Origin: Candidatus Geohabitans tengchongensis
GTDB lineage: Bacteria; Sysuimicrobiota; Sysuimicrobiia; Sysuimicrobiales; Humicultoraceae
Direction: 5' to 3'
DNA length: 46,898 nucleotides
NCBI GenBank assembly: GCA_031459625.1
Contig: JAVKIH010000001.1
Coordinates: 195,175-242,072 of the forward strand
Shown here: in pieces, positions 18,497 through 28,092 of the stretch
Layout of the letters: each line of letters starts with the position of its first letter
Numbering within the stretch: position 1 is the stretch's first letter
Notes under the pieces: generated by a model
What the model was told of the DNA's origin: nothing
Databases searched by the model: none
What the model saw: the letters and a program-made list of their open reading frames with translations, nothing else
Translations under genes and position numbers: made by a program

Positions 18497-18970
18497 TCAG
18501 TGCATGGTGCGGAAGTCCGAGGGCTTGACCTGCTCGAGGAACTTCCGCCACTCCTCCATTTCCTCGTCGAAGGGCTTCTTCAGCTGGATGGCCTGGGCGG
18601 CCACCTTCTCCTCGACGTAGATCGGGGCGTCCGTCCGCAGGGCCAGCGCGATGGCGTCGGAGGGGCGCGAGTCGATCACCAGCGTGGTGCCGTTGCTGGC
18701 CACGTGGATCTCGGCGTAGTAGGTGCTGTCCCGCACGTCCGTGACGACGACGCGGGTGACGGTGGCCGAGAGCTTGCCCAGGATGTTGCGCAGCAGGTCG
18801 TGGGTCATCGGGCGCGGCGGGCGGACGCCCTGCAGCTCCATGGCGATGGCGGTGGCCTCGGCCTGCCCGATCCAGATGGGCAGCGCCATCGTCTCGGGGT
18901 GGTCGACGAGGAGGACGACCGGGTTCATCTGCTGGTCGAGCGCGACCCCTCGGACCTTCATCTGCAGCAC
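18497..18970 (-). CDS. Bifunctional nuclease family protein (DUF151)
   Basis: LPIWIGQAEA, PRPMTHDLL, IDSRPSDAIALALR; SD GAGGAGG before GTG 18970. Confidence 0.9.
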   Translation of the reverse strand: MLQMKVRGVALDQQMNPVVLLVDHPETMALPIWIGQAEATAIAMELQGVRPPRPMTHDLLRNILGKLSATVTRVVVTDVRDSTYYAEIHVASNGTTLVIDSRPSDAIALALRTDAPIYVEEKVAAQAIQLKKPFDEEMEEWRKFLEQVKPSDFRTMH

Positions 18971-19048
18971 GGTCGACCCCCTCCTCTGCCCGGTGGCGTC
19001 CCTGGCGGTCCGCCACCCGCGACGACCGCCGGCGGTCGCCGCCGTCGT

Positions 19049-19057
19049 ATTATAGCA
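19049..19057 (-). promoter_or_regulatory. Extended -10 (TGCTATAAT) for the DUF151 gene
   Basis: Perfect TGnTATAAT on the minus strand in a divergent intergenic region. Confidence 0.6.
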
Positions 19058-19169
19058 TGCGTCGCGTGACGACCTGGTGGCCGGTCCCCCCGGGACAGGA
19101 GGGGCGGCCCGGACCCCGAATGGGGCAGGAGAGCGGCGGCGGCCCCCGAGGCAGGGCCGGGGAGGGGAC

Positions 19170-19721
19170 ATGACGGGATACCTCATCGCGGGCGCGGTCG
19201 TCCTCGTCGCGCTCTACGGCGTCCTCACCTACAACCGGCTGGTGGTCCTGCGCAACCGCATCGACAACGCCTGGTCCCAGATCGACGTCCAGCTGCGGCG
19301 GCGCTACGACCTGATCCCCACCCTGGTGGAGACGGTGCGGGGGTACGCCGGCCACGAGCGGGAGGTCTTCGAGCGCGTCACCGAGGCGCGGGCCCGGGCC
19401 ATTGCCGCGGGCACCGTGGCCGAGCAGGGGCAGGCGGAGAACCTCCTCACTCAGGCCCTGCGCACGCTCTTCGCCGTGGCCGAGAACTACCCGCAGCTGC
19501 GCGCCAGCGAGAACTTCCAGCGCCTCCAGGAGGAGCTGGCCAACACCGAGGGCAAGATCGCCTTCGCCCGGCAGTTCTACAACGACACCGTGCTGCGCTA
19601 CGAGAACCTCCGCCAGTCCTTCCCGGCCGGGGTCCTGGCCGGGCTCTTCGGCTTCCGCCCCCGGGAGTACTTCGAGATGGAGGAGGCGGCGCGCGAGCCG
19701 GTCCCGGTGCGGTTCCCCTGA
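19170..19721 (+). CDS. lemA: LemA family protein
   Basis: N-terminal [44 protein letters not shown]. Confidence 0.93.
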   Translation: MTGYLIAGAVVLVALYGVLTYNRLVVLRNRIDNAWSQIDVQLRRRYDLIPTLVETVRGYAGHEREVFERVTEARARAIAAGTVAEQGQAENLLTQALRTLFAVAENYPQLRASENFQRLQEELANTEGKIAFARQFYNDTVLRYENLRQSFPAGVLAGLFGFRPREYFEMEEAAREPVPVRFP

Positions 19722-19794
19722 CCGGCGGCCCGGTCCGCACCCTCGCCCGGCCCCGCTATCCTGGGGATGTGACCACGAGGGACGCGGGCGGGAC

Positions 19795-21228
19795 GTGAGC
19801 ACGAAGGACAGCGCGAGGGACTCGGACACCAGGCAGGCCGGCTCCCTCCGCCTGGCCGCCGGGATCCTGGCCGGCCGGGCCTCGGCCTCGCTCATCCGGG
19901 CGGCGCGCGCCGGCGGCGCCACCACCGTCCCGGGCCGCGTGGCCCGCTTCCTCATCCCCGACCTCCTCCCCCGCCTGGCCCGGCGGCTGCGCCACGGCGT
20001 CATCCTGGTCACCGGCACGAACGGGAAGACCACGACGGCGCGCCTGGTGAGCGCGCTGCTGGCCGCCGCCGGCCACCGGCCCATCCACAACCGCGCCGGG
20101 GCGAACTTGCCCGCGGGCATCGCCGCCGCCTTGGTGGGCGGGGCGGGGGTGGACGGGCGCCTGCAGGGCGACGTCGGGGTCTTCGAGGTCGACGAGGCGG
20201 CCCTCCCGGGCGTGGCGGAGGCGGTGCGCCCGCGCGCGGTGGTCCTGGGCAACCTCTTCCGCGACCAGCTCGACCGCTATGGCGAGGTGGACCTGGTGGC
20301 CGCGCGCTGGCGGCGGGCGCTGGACGCGCTGGGTGGGGCGACGACCGTCCTCTACAACGCCGACGACCCGCTGGTGGCGGACGTGGCCCGGGGCCGTACC
20401 CCCAGCCGCACCTTCGGCGTGGACGACCCGGACCTCCGCCCCGGCGCCGTCCTCGAGCACGCTGCCGACGCCCGCTACTGCTACCGCTGCGGCGTGCCCT
20501 ACGTCTACCGCACGGTGACGCTCGGCCACCTGGGCGACTACCGCTGCCCGCGCTGCGGGGTGGCCCGCCCCGCCCTCGAGGCGGCCGCCCGGGCGGTGCG
20601 GCTGGCCGGGGTGGAGGGATCCAGCTTCACGCTGGCGTCCGGGGGGATGGCGCTCGCGCTGCGCACCATGCTGCCGGGGCTCTACAACGTCTACAACGTC
20701 ACGGCCGCAGTCGCGACGGCCCTGTGGGCGGGTGTGCCGCCCGAGGTCGTCGCCCCCACGGTGGCCGCCTTCGCCCCGGCCTTCGGCCGGGGCGAGCGCC
20801 TCCACCTCGACGGGCACCCGGTCCACCTCCTCCTGGCCAAGAACCCGGCCGGGTTCAACGAGGTGCTGCGGACGGTCCTGGCCGATGCCCGCCCGCTCGT
20901 GGCGGTGATCGCCATCAACGACCTGGCGGCCGACGGCCAGGACATCTCCTGGCTGTGGGACGTCGATTTCGAGCTGCTGCGGGAGGCGGCCCGCCTGGTG
21001 GTGGCCACGGGCCGGCGGCGCGAGGACCTGGCGGTGCGCCTGAAGTACGCCGGGCTGGTGCCGGGGACGGTGGTGGTCGAGGCCGACGAGGGGCGGGCGC
21101 TGGTGCGCGGCCTGGCCGCCCTCGACCCCGGGCAGCCGCTCTACGTCATCCCCACCTACACCGCGCTGCTGCGCCTGCGCGGTCTGCTCACGCGGCGGGG
21201 GCTCGTGCGCGGGTTCTGGGAGGCCTAG
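19795..21228 (+). CDS. murT: Lipid II isoglutaminyl synthase, MurT subunit
   Basis: TGTNGKTTT, FEVDE, NLFRDQLDRYGE, CxxC..CxxC, KNPAG, DGQDISWLWDVDFE, PTYTAL; start approximate. Confidence 0.88.
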   Translation: MSTKDSARDSDTRQAGSLRLAAGILAGRASASLIRAARAGGATTVPGRVARFLIPDLLPRLARRLRHGVILVTGTNGKTTTARLVSALLAAAGHRPIHNRAGANLPAGIAAALVGGAGVDGRLQGDVGVFEVDEAALPGVAEAVRPRAVVLGNLFRDQLDRYGEVDLVAARWRRALDALGGATTVLYNADDPLVADVARGRTPSRTFGVDDPDLRPGAVLEHAADARYCYRCGVPYVYRTVTLGHLGDYRCPRCGVARPALEAAARAVRLAGVEGSSFTLASGGMALALRTMLPGLYNVYNVTAAVATALWAGVPPEVVAPTVAAFAPAFGRGERLHLDGHPVHLLLAKNPAGFNEVLRTVLADARPLVAVIAINDLAADGQDISWLWDVDFELLREAARLVVATGRRREDLAVRLKYAGLVPGTVVVEADEGRALVRGLAALDPGQPLYVIPTYTALLRLRGLLTRRGLVRGFWEA

Positions 21229-21233
21229 CCTCG

Positions 21234-21995
21234 GTGGTCCTGCGCCTCTGCCACCTCTACCCCGACCTCCTCAACCTCTACGGCGACCGCGGCAACATCC
21301 TCACCCTGACCCACCGCGCCCGCGCCCGCGGGATAGCGGTGGAGGTCACCGAAGTCCCGGTGGGGCGTCCACTCGGTGACCCGAGGCACTACGACCTCTT
21401 CTTCCTGGGCGGCGGGGAGGACCGGCAGCAGGCGCTGGCGGCGGCGGACCTGGCGGGGGAGAAGGGCGAGGCGCTGCGCGCCGCGGCGGCCGACGACGCG
21501 GTGGTGCTGGCGGTGTGCGGCGGCTACCAGCTGCTCGGCCACTACTACCGTCCGGCGGAGGGTCCCGACCTGCCCGGCGTGGGCCTCCTCGACGTCACCA
21601 CGCACCACCCCGGTCCGGGGGCGCGCCGCCTGATCGGCAACATCGTGGTCCGCTGGGCGGACGGCCCGCACCCCCGGGCCACGCTGGTGGGGTTCGAGAA
21701 CCACGGCGGGCGCACCCGGCTGGGCCCGCAGGCGCGTCCGCTGGGGCGCGTGGTCGTCGGCTTCGGCAACAACGGCGAGGACCGCACCGAGGGCGCCGTG
21801 CAGGGGACGGTGGTGGGGACCTACCTGCACGGTCCCCTCCTGCCGAAGAACCCCGCCTTCGCCGACCACCTGCTGGCCCGGGCGCTGGCGCGGCGGTACG
21901 GCCCGGTGGCGCTGGCGCCGCTGGACGACGCCGTGGAGGAGGCCGCCCACCGGGCGGCGGTGCGCCTGGCCGGCGCGGCGCGCGCCTGGCGCTGA
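21234..21995 (+). CDS. gatD: Glutamine amidotransferase, GatD subunit
   Basis: HLYPDLLNLYGDRGN, VCGGYQLLG, GFENHGG, GTYLHGPLLPKNP. Confidence 0.9.
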   Translation: MVLRLCHLYPDLLNLYGDRGNILTLTHRARARGIAVEVTEVPVGRPLGDPRHYDLFFLGGGEDRQQALAAADLAGEKGEALRAAAADDAVVLAVCGGYQLLGHYYRPAEGPDLPGVGLLDVTTHHPGPGARRLIGNIVVRWADGPHPRATLVGFENHGGRTRLGPQARPLGRVVVGFGNNGEDRTEGAVQGTVVGTYLHGPLLPKNPAFADHLLARALARRYGPVALAPLDDAVEEAAHRAAVRLAGAARAWR

Positions 21996-22042
21996 GGGCT
22001 GCGCCGCAGCGGGCATCCGCACGTCGCCGGACGCTGCCTCGC

Positions 22043-22072
22043 TGGACGCTGGGACGCGACGGAGGCTATAAT
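22043..22072 (+). promoter_or_regulatory. Promoter for tRNA-Glu
   Basis: TGGACG (22043-22048), 18 bp spacer, TATAAT (22067-22072). Confidence 0.6.
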
Positions 22073-22092
22073 CAACCGTCCTCCGACGGGAC

Positions 22093-22168
22093 GGCCCCAT
22101 CGTCTAGGGGACCAGGACGCGGCCCTCTCAAGGCCGAAACGGGGGTTCGAATCCCCCTGGGGCCACCA
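22093..22168 (+). tRNA. tRNA-Glu (anticodon CTC)
   Basis: Acceptor GGCCCCA/TGGGGCC, anticodon arm CGGCC-CTCTCAA-GGCCG, T-loop GTTCGAATC, encoded CCA; 76 nt. Confidence 0.96.
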
Positions 22169-22266
22169 CGCCGGGAGCGTACGCACCGACTCGCCGAAGG
22201 CCTCCCCCGTGCAGTTCGGCCGCCGCGCGTCGCCCGCTCCGGAGCGTCCGTCCAGGGGAGTGAGCC

Positions 22267-23163
22267 ATGGCAGCGATGCCCGCCGCGTCGTCCACCCCGA
22301 GATCCGACGCCACGGCGATCCGCCGCGCCGCCTTCGTCGGCGTGGGCGTGATGGGCGAGGCGCTGATCCGCGGGCTGCTGGCGCAGCAGCGCCTCCGCCC
22401 CCAGGCCGTCGTCGCCTCCCACCCCCGGGAGGCCCGCCGCCAGGAGCTGCGTGAGCGCTACGGCATCACCGTGGAGGCACACAACCGGGCGGCCGTCGAA
22501 GGGGCCGACCTGGCGGTGCTCTGCGTGAAGCCGCAGGTGGCCCCGCGCGTCCTGCGCGAGCTGGCCGGCGCGCTGGCGCCGCACGCCTTCCTCCTCTCCA
22601 TCGCCGCCGGCGTCCCCCTGGAGGTGCTGGCCGCGGCCAGCGGCCAGCGCGCCGTGGTCCGCGCCATGCCCAACACCCCCGCGCAGATCGGCGAGGGGAT
22701 GACGGTGTGGACGGCCACGCCGGAAGTCACGCCCGAGCAGCGCGCGCAGGTGCGCACGCTGCTCGGCGCGCTGGGCCAGGAGCTGGAGGTAGCCGACGAG
22801 GACTACCTGGACATGGCCACCGCCGTGAGCGGGACCGGCCCCACCTACGTCTTCCTCCTCATGGAGGCGCTCGTGGACGCGGCCGTCCACCTGGGGTTCT
22901 CCCGCACCGACGCCCGCCGCCTGGTGGTGCAGACGCTGCGCGGCGCGGCGCTGTTCGCCGAGCAGTCCCACCTCCACCCCGCCGAGCTGCGCAACATGGT
23001 CACCTCCCCCGGGGGGACCAGCGCGGCCGCCCTCTACCAGCTGGAGAAGGGCGGGCTGCGCACCGTCATCTCCAAGGCGATCTGGGCCGCCTACCAGCGG
23101 TCGGCGGCGATGGGCCGGGCGGCGCGCGCGGCGCTCACCGGGGAATCCGCCGATCCGGCGTGA
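22267..23163 (+). CDS. proC: Pyrroline-5-carboxylate reductase
   Basis: GVGVMG, VKPQ, SIAAG, RAMPNTP, TAVSGTGP, VTSPGGTS. Confidence 0.95.
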   Translation: MAAMPAASSTPRSDATAIRRAAFVGVGVMGEALIRGLLAQQRLRPQAVVASHPREARRQELRERYGITVEAHNRAAVEGADLAVLCVKPQVAPRVLRELAGALAPHAFLLSIAAGVPLEVLAAASGQRAVVRAMPNTPAQIGEGMTVWTATPEVTPEQRAQVRTLLGALGQELEVADEDYLDMATAVSGTGPTYVFLLMEALVDAAVHLGFSRTDARRLVVQTLRGAALFAEQSHLHPAELRNMVTSPGGTSAAALYQLEKGGLRTVISKAIWAAYQRSAAMGRAARAALTGESADPA

Positions 23164-23253
23164 CGGCGCGCATGCCCCTGCGGGCGCCGGCGGCTGCGGC
23201 GGGAGCGCGCTGGCGGGGCGCGCGCGGTGACGTATAATGCTGTGAGGAGTCAG

Positions 23254-24075
23254 ATGGTGCGAGCGCCCGGGACCGCCCAGCGGACCGCCGCCGCCTTCGC
23301 CGCGGCCGTGGTCCTCCTCGTCGTCCTGGCCGTTGCCGCCACGGTGGCGGCGCGCACGCGCTGGTGGTTCCCGCCGCTGGCGTCCCTGCACGGCCGGGCG
23401 GTGGACACCCTCTTCGCCGTGACCTTCGGCATCATCGCGGTGGCCTTCGTCCTCGTCCACGCCCTGCTCGCGCTCTTCGTCTGGCGCTACCGGGAACACC
23501 CCGAGCGCCGCGCCGCCCACTGGCACGACCACCGCGCCCTGGAGCTGACCTACACCCTCGTGCCGGCCGTCGTGCTGGTGAGCCTGACCCTGGCGGCGGC
23601 GCGCCTGTGGGCGGGGATCCACAGCCCGCCGCCTGCTGGGGCGCTGGCGGTGGAGGTGCGGGCGGAGCAGTTCGGCTGGCTGGCCCGCTACCCCGGCCCG
23701 GACGGCGTCTTCGGGCGGGTGGACCCGGCGCAGTATGACCGCCGGCGCAACCCCATGGCGCTGGACCGGAGCGACCCGGCCGGCCGCGACGACATCGTCA
23801 CCACCGAGCTCCACCTGGTGGTCGGCCGGCCGGCGGCGGTGCGGCTGCGCTCGAAGGACGTCATCCACTCGTTCTTCCTGGCGGAGCTGCGGGTGAAGCA
23901 GGACGCCGTCCCGGGGGTCACGGTGGTGAAGTGGTTCGTACCCACGCGGGTAGGGACGTTCGAGATCGCCTGCGCCGAGCTGTGCGGTGTGGGCCACTAC
24001 GCCATGCGCGGCCGTCTGGTCGTGCAGTCGCAGGCCGCCTTCGACGCCTGGCTGGCGGCGCAGGGGCGCCGCTAG
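23254..24075 (+). CDS. coxB: Cytochrome c oxidase subunit II
   Basis: DVIHSF and CAELCGVGHYAM CuA ligands; TATAAT at 23233-23238 and SD GAGGAG before ATG 23254. Confidence 0.92.
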   Translation: MVRAPGTAQRTAAAFAAAVVLLVVLAVAATVAARTRWWFPPLASLHGRAVDTLFAVTFGIIAVAFVLVHALLALFVWRYREHPERRAAHWHDHRALELTYTLVPAVVLVSLTLAAARLWAGIHSPPPAGALAVEVRAEQFGWLARYPGPDGVFGRVDPAQYDRRRNPMALDRSDPAGRDDIVTTELHLVVGRPAAVRLRSKDVIHSFFLAELRVKQDAVPGVTVVKWFVPTRVGTFEIACAELCGVGHYAMRGRLVVQSQAAFDAWLAAQGRR

Positions 24076-24097
24076 GGGGCGGCCAGCGGAGGGAGCG

Positions 24098-25903
24098 ATG
24101 AGCCACGCCACCCACCCCGAGGTCCACGTCGAGCCCGAGCTGAGCTTCTGGCGCAAGTACATCTTCAGCCAGGACCACAAGGTCATCGGCATCCAGTACG
24201 CCCTCACCTCGCTGGTGATGGCCGTGATCGGCGGGATCCTGGCCATGGTGATCCGCCTGCAGCTGGGCTGGCCGGGCACGCGCTGGCCGCTGCTGGGCAG
24301 CCTCTTCCCGGGCGGGGCGCCGGGCGGGCTGGTCTCGCCGGCCTTCTACCTGGCCAGCGTGACCATGCACGGGACCATCATGATCTTCTTCGTCCTGACC
24401 ACCCTGCTCACCGGCGGCTTCGGGAACTTCCTCATCCCGCTCATGATCGGCGCGCGGGACATGGCCTTCCCCTTCCTCAACATGCTCTCCTACTGGCTCT
24501 ACCCGCCGGCGCTGCTCGTCCTGCTGGCCTCCTTCTTCGTGGAGGGCGGCGCGGCCGGGGGCGGGTGGACCGCCTACCCGCCGCTGTCGGCCCTGCCCCA
24601 GGCCGCCCCCGGCTCGGGGCTGGGGCAGACGTTGTGGCTCATCAGCCTGGCCATCCTCATCGTGGCCTTCCTCTTCGGCTCGCTGAACTACATCACCACG
24701 GTGCTGCAGCTGCGCACGCGGGGCATGTCCATGCTGCGGCTGCCCCTCACGGTGTGGGCGCTCTTCGTCACCGCGCTGCTCTCGCTGTTCGCCTTCCCCG
24801 TGCTGCTGGCCGCCTCCATCATGCTCCTCTTCGACCGCCTGGGGGGGACGAGCTTCTTCGTGCCCGCCGGCGTGCTCATCGGCTCCCAGGCCGTCGACCA
24901 CCGCGGCGGCAACCCGCTGCTCTGGCAGCACCTCTTCTGGTTCCTGGGGCACCCGGAGGTCTACGTGCTCATCCTGCCCCCCATGGGGATGGTCTCCGAC
25001 ATCCTGGCCAACAACGCCCGCAAGCCCATCTTCGGTTACCGTTTCATGGTGGCCTCCATCGTGGCCATCGGCTTCCTCTCCTTCCTGGTCTGGGGGCACC
25101 ACATGTACGTCAGCGGCATGCACCCGCTGCTCGGCACCGCCTTCATGACGACGACGCTGATCATCGCGGTGCCCTCGGCCATCAAGACCTTCAACTGGCT
25201 GGCCACCCTCTACCGTGGGCGCATCCGCTTCACCACACCCATGCTCTTCGCGCTGGGCTTCCTCTCGCTCTTCGTCACCGGGGGGCTCACCGGCATCGTT
25301 CTGGGCCAGCCGCCGGTGGACATCTATATGCACGACACCTTCTTCGTCGTCGCCCACTTCCACTTCGTCATGGGGCTGGCCGCCATCTTCGCCGCCTTCG
25401 CCGGGACCTACTACTGGTTCCCCAAGATGTTCGGGCGGATGATGGACGAGCGGCTGGGCAAGTGGCACTTCTGGCTCTCCTTCGTGGGCGCGTACGCCAC
25501 CTTCTTCCCCATGCACTACCTGGGCTTCCGGGGGATGATGCGGCGGATCTATACCTACACGCTCTACGAGCGCCTGGCCGGGCTGCAGCCCATCAACGCC
25601 TTCATCTCGGTGGCGGCCTTCGTCCTCTTCGCCGCGCAGTTCATCTTCCTGTACAACTTCTTCGCCTCCGCCGTCCGCGGCCGGCGGGCCGAGGTCAACC
25701 CCTGGGGGGGCACCACGCTGGAGTGGCAGGCCCCCTCCCCGCCCCCGCACGGGAACTGGGGCCCGACGCTGCCCACCGTCTACCGCTGGGCCTACGACTA
25801 CTCCCCGCCCGGGGCCAGGGAGGACTTCCTCCCTCAGACGGCCCCGCCGGTCGAGGCGGCCGTGCCCGGCGACGGGCAGCGGCGGGGGAGGGAGGGCCAC
25901 TGA
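24098..25903 (+). CDS. coxA: Cytochrome c oxidase subunit I (type A1)
   Basis: DHKVIG, TMHG, GWTAYPPLS, FWFLGHPEVY, VWGHHM, HDTFFVVAHFH, MMRRI. Confidence 0.96.
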   Translation: MSHATHPEVHVEPELSFWRKYIFSQDHKVIGIQYALTSLVMAVIGGILAMVIRLQLGWPGTRWPLLGSLFPGGAPGGLVSPAFYLASVTMHGTIMIFFVLTTLLTGGFGNFLIPLMIGARDMAFPFLNMLSYWLYPPALLVLLASFFVEGGAAGGGWTAYPPLSALPQAAPGSGLGQTLWLISLAILIVAFLFGSLNYITTVLQLRTRGMSMLRLPLTVWALFVTALLSLFAFPVLLAASIMLLFDRLGGTSFFVPAGVLIGSQAVDHRGGNPLLWQHLFWFLGHPEVYVLILPPMGMVSDILANNARKPIFGYRFMVASIVAIGFLSFLVWGHHMYVSGMHPLLGTAFMTTTLIIAVPSAIKTFNWLATLYRGRIRFTTPMLFALGFLSLFVTGGLTGIVLGQPPVDIYMHDTFFVVAHFHFVMGLAAIFAAFAGTYYWFPKMFGRMMDERLGKWHFWLSFVGAYATFFPMHYLGFRGMMRRIYTYTLYERLAGLQPINAFISVAAFVLFAAQFIFLYNFFASAVRGRRAEVNPWGGTTLEWQAPSPPPHGNWGPTLPTVYRWAYDYSPPGAREDFLPQTAPPVEAAVPGDGQRRGREGH

Positions 25904-26547
25904 CCTCCCCTCGCACGCTCGAGCGCGCCCCGCGGCCGGTCCCGGCCCCGCCGGGGGGCGGGGCTTGGCCGCCCTCGGGGGACGGCTTCCGGGGCGGTGG
26001 CGGTGGGGAGAGCGCCGTCCCCCGCGCCCAGACGGCGCGGGTGGGGCTGGGGGTCTTCCTGGTGGCGGTGACGATGCTCTTCGTTGCCTTCACCGCCTCC
26101 TACCTGGCGCGGCGCACCGCTGCCGACTGGGCGCCCGTCCCGCTGCCGCAGCTGTTCTGGGCGAACACGGCGGTGCTGCTGGCCAGCAGTGCGGCCCTGG
26201 AGTGGGGGCGGCGGCGCGGGCGACGGGGCGACCCGGCCGCGTTGCGCGCCGGGGTGCGCACGGCCGCCGCGCTGGGGGCGCTCTTCGTCCTGGGACAGGT
26301 GGGGGCGTGGCGCCAGCTGGCCGCCCAGGGCGTCTTCATGGCCACGAGCCCCCACAGCGCCTTCGTCTACCTGCTGAGCGGGGTGCACGCCGTCCACCTG
26401 ACGGGCGGGGTGGGCGCCCTGGCCTACGCGCTGCGGCAGGTGGACCGCCACCCCGACCCGCTGGGCGCGGTGGAGGCGCCGGCGCTGTACTGGCACTTCG
26501 TGGACGCGCTCTGGCTCTACGTCTTCGCCGTCCTCGCCTTCCTCTGA
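25900..26547 (+). CDS. Cytochrome c oxidase subunit III-like, first copy; start uncertain (possible CTG)
   Basis: TMLFVAFTASY, NTAVLLASS, LSGVHAVHL, YWHFVDALW. Confidence 0.85.
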   Translation: MTSPRTLERAPRPVPAPPGGGAWPPSGDGFRGGGGGESAVPRAQTARVGLGVFLVAVTMLFVAFTASYLARRTAADWAPVPLPQLFWANTAVLLASSAALEWGRRRGRRGDPAALRAGVRTAAALGALFVLGQVGAWRQLAAQGVFMATSPHSAFVYLLSGVHAVHLTGGVGALAYALRQVDRHPDPLGAVEAPALYWHFVDALWLYVFAVLAFL

Positions 26548-26615
26548 CCGGGCGCGCGGAGGGCGTCGAGCGCCCGAGGACGGGATCTCCGAGGACGGGA
26601 CACCCGGAGGAGCTG

Positions 26616-27290
26616 ATGGAGCAGGTGGGGCAGGTCGTGCAGCGCACGGAGGAGCAGGTGCTCGAGCCCTCCCCCTGGGGCGGTGGGCAGTCCCCCTTCG
26701 CCGTCTCCTGGCCCAAGCTGATGATGTGGCTCTTCCTGCTCTCCGACGCGCTGACCTTCGCGGCCCTGCTCTCCGGCTACATGGTGGCCCGTCTCACCGC
26801 GGGCGTCTGGCCGCACCAGGCGGCGATCTTCAACGTCACCTTCGTCGTGGGGCCGATGACCTTCATCCTCATCTGCAGCAGCGCCACCATGGCCGTGGCC
26901 GTGGGGGCCGCCCGGCGGGGGGAGCGGCGCCTGGTGGTCCGCTACCTGCTCCTCACCGTGCTCGGCGGGCTGGCCTTCCTGGGGATGCAGGCGTACGAGT
27001 GGACCCACTTCATCCGCGAGGGGGGGCGGCTCACCGGGTGGGCTGGGCACGTCCCCGAGGGGGTGCTGCCGCCGGGGGCGGCGATGCCGGCGATGTTCCC
27101 GGCCACTTTCTTCGTCACCACCGGGTTCCACGGCGCCCACGTCACCAGCGGGGTGATCTACCTGTTGGTCAAGGCCGTGCAGGCCGCCCGCGGGCGGGCC
27201 AGCGCCGAGTCCGTCGAGATCGCCGGCCTGTACTGGCACTTCGTCGACCTGGTCTGGGTCTTCATCTTCACCATGCTCTACCTGATCTGA
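26616..27290 (+). CDS. Cytochrome c oxidase subunit III, second copy
   Basis: KLMMWLFLLSD, MQAYEW, TGFHGAHV, GLYWHFVDLVW; SD GGAGGAG. Confidence 0.92.
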   Translation: MEQVGQVVQRTEEQVLEPSPWGGGQSPFAVSWPKLMMWLFLLSDALTFAALLSGYMVARLTAGVWPHQAAIFNVTFVVGPMTFILICSSATMAVAVGAARRGERRLVVRYLLLTVLGGLAFLGMQAYEWTHFIREGGRLTGWAGHVPEGVLPPGAAMPAMFPATFFVTTGFHGAHVTSGVIYLLVKAVQAARGRASAESVEIAGLYWHFVDLVWVFIFTMLYLI

Positions 27291-27315
27291 GGCTGAGCTG
27301 AGGCGGGAGGGAGGC

Positions 27316-27630
27316 GTGGCCCCACACGGCGGATCCGCACACACAGACGGCCCCTGGTACCGCACCTACGTCGTGGTGTGGTTCTGGCTGCTGGTCATCA
27401 CCGTCCTGGAAGTCGGCGCGGTGGCGGTGACGTTGCCGCGGGCGCTGCTGGTGACGCTGCTGGTGGTGCTCTCGCTGATGAAGGCGGCGCTGATCGTGGC
27501 CTACTTCATGCACCTGCGCTACGAGCGGCTCAACTTCATCTTCGCCGTGCTGGCCCCGGCGATCCTCATCGTGGTCCTGGTGGCGGGCGTCGCCCCGGAC
27601 GGGGTCAACGCCGTGCTGTTGCGGCGCTAA
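27316..27630 (+). CDS. Cytochrome c oxidase subunit IV family
   Basis: Three TM segments, KAALIVAYFMHLRYE; last gene of the cox operon. Confidence 0.88.
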   Translation: MAPHGGSAHTDGPWYRTYVVVWFWLLVITVLEVGAVAVTLPRALLVTLLVVLSLMKAALIVAYFMHLRYERLNFIFAVLAPAILIVVLVAGVAPDGVNAVLLRR

Positions 27631-27675
27631 CGGCCGTGCCGGGCGCGCGCGAGACGCATCCCGGTGACGCGCGAA

Positions 27676-27696
27676 CCGCCCCCGGGGAGGGGGCGG
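27676..27696. terminator. Hairpin between the convergent cox operon and LuxR gene
   Basis: CCGCCCCC-GGGGA-GGGGGCGG. Confidence 0.4.
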
Positions 27697-27711
27697 CGGC
27701 GCTCCTTGTCC

Positions 27712-28092
27712 CTACAGCAACCCCTCGTCGCTCAGGCGGGCCACCATGGCCGCCCGACTGCTCACGTGCAGGCGGCTGTAGATGCGGCGCAGGTGCGTCA
27801 GCACCGTCCACGGGCTGATCCCCAGCACCTGGCCGATGGCCTTCGTCCCCAGCCCCCGGGCCACCAGCCGCGCCACCTGCAGCTCCCGCGGCGTCAGGGT
27901 GACCGTCCCCGAGCGCGGGCGCAGGCGGGAGAGGCGGTAGGTGGCCCCCTCGACGTCCACCTCCGCCAGGACCTCGTGCCACCGCCCTTCGGGGGCGCTG
28001 ATCCGCCGGACCGGCGGGACGCCGACGCTCATCCGGGCCAGCTCCCGCAGCAGGCTCTCCCGGGGGGTCTCGCGCTCCGGCAGCGTCTTCAT
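27712..28092 (-). CDS. LuxR C-terminal HTH transcriptional regulator (126 aa, no receiver domain)
   Basis: ATG 28092 overlaps the upstream TGA (ATGA); LTPRELQVARLVARGLGTKAIGQVLGISPWTVLTHLRRIYSRLHVSSR. Confidence 0.88.
   Translation of the reverse strand: MKTLPERETPRESLLRELARMSVGVPPVRRISAPEGRWHEVLAEVDVEGATYRLSRLRPRSGTVTLTPRELQVARLVARGLGTKAIGQVLGISPWTVLTHLRRIYSRLHVSSRAAMVARLSDEGLL

Noticed and set aside
22093..22168. tRNA as an integration site for an island
   Set aside because: No integrase and no duplicated tRNA 3' end seen; flanks are housekeeping genes.
26574..26600. CCGAGGACGGGA direct repeat between cox genes
   Set aside because: Two 12-bp copies, most simply a local slippage duplication with no supporting context.
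25900..27290. Two subunit III genes as a novelty
   Set aside because: Tandem subunit III-like genes are known in several A-type oxidase operons.
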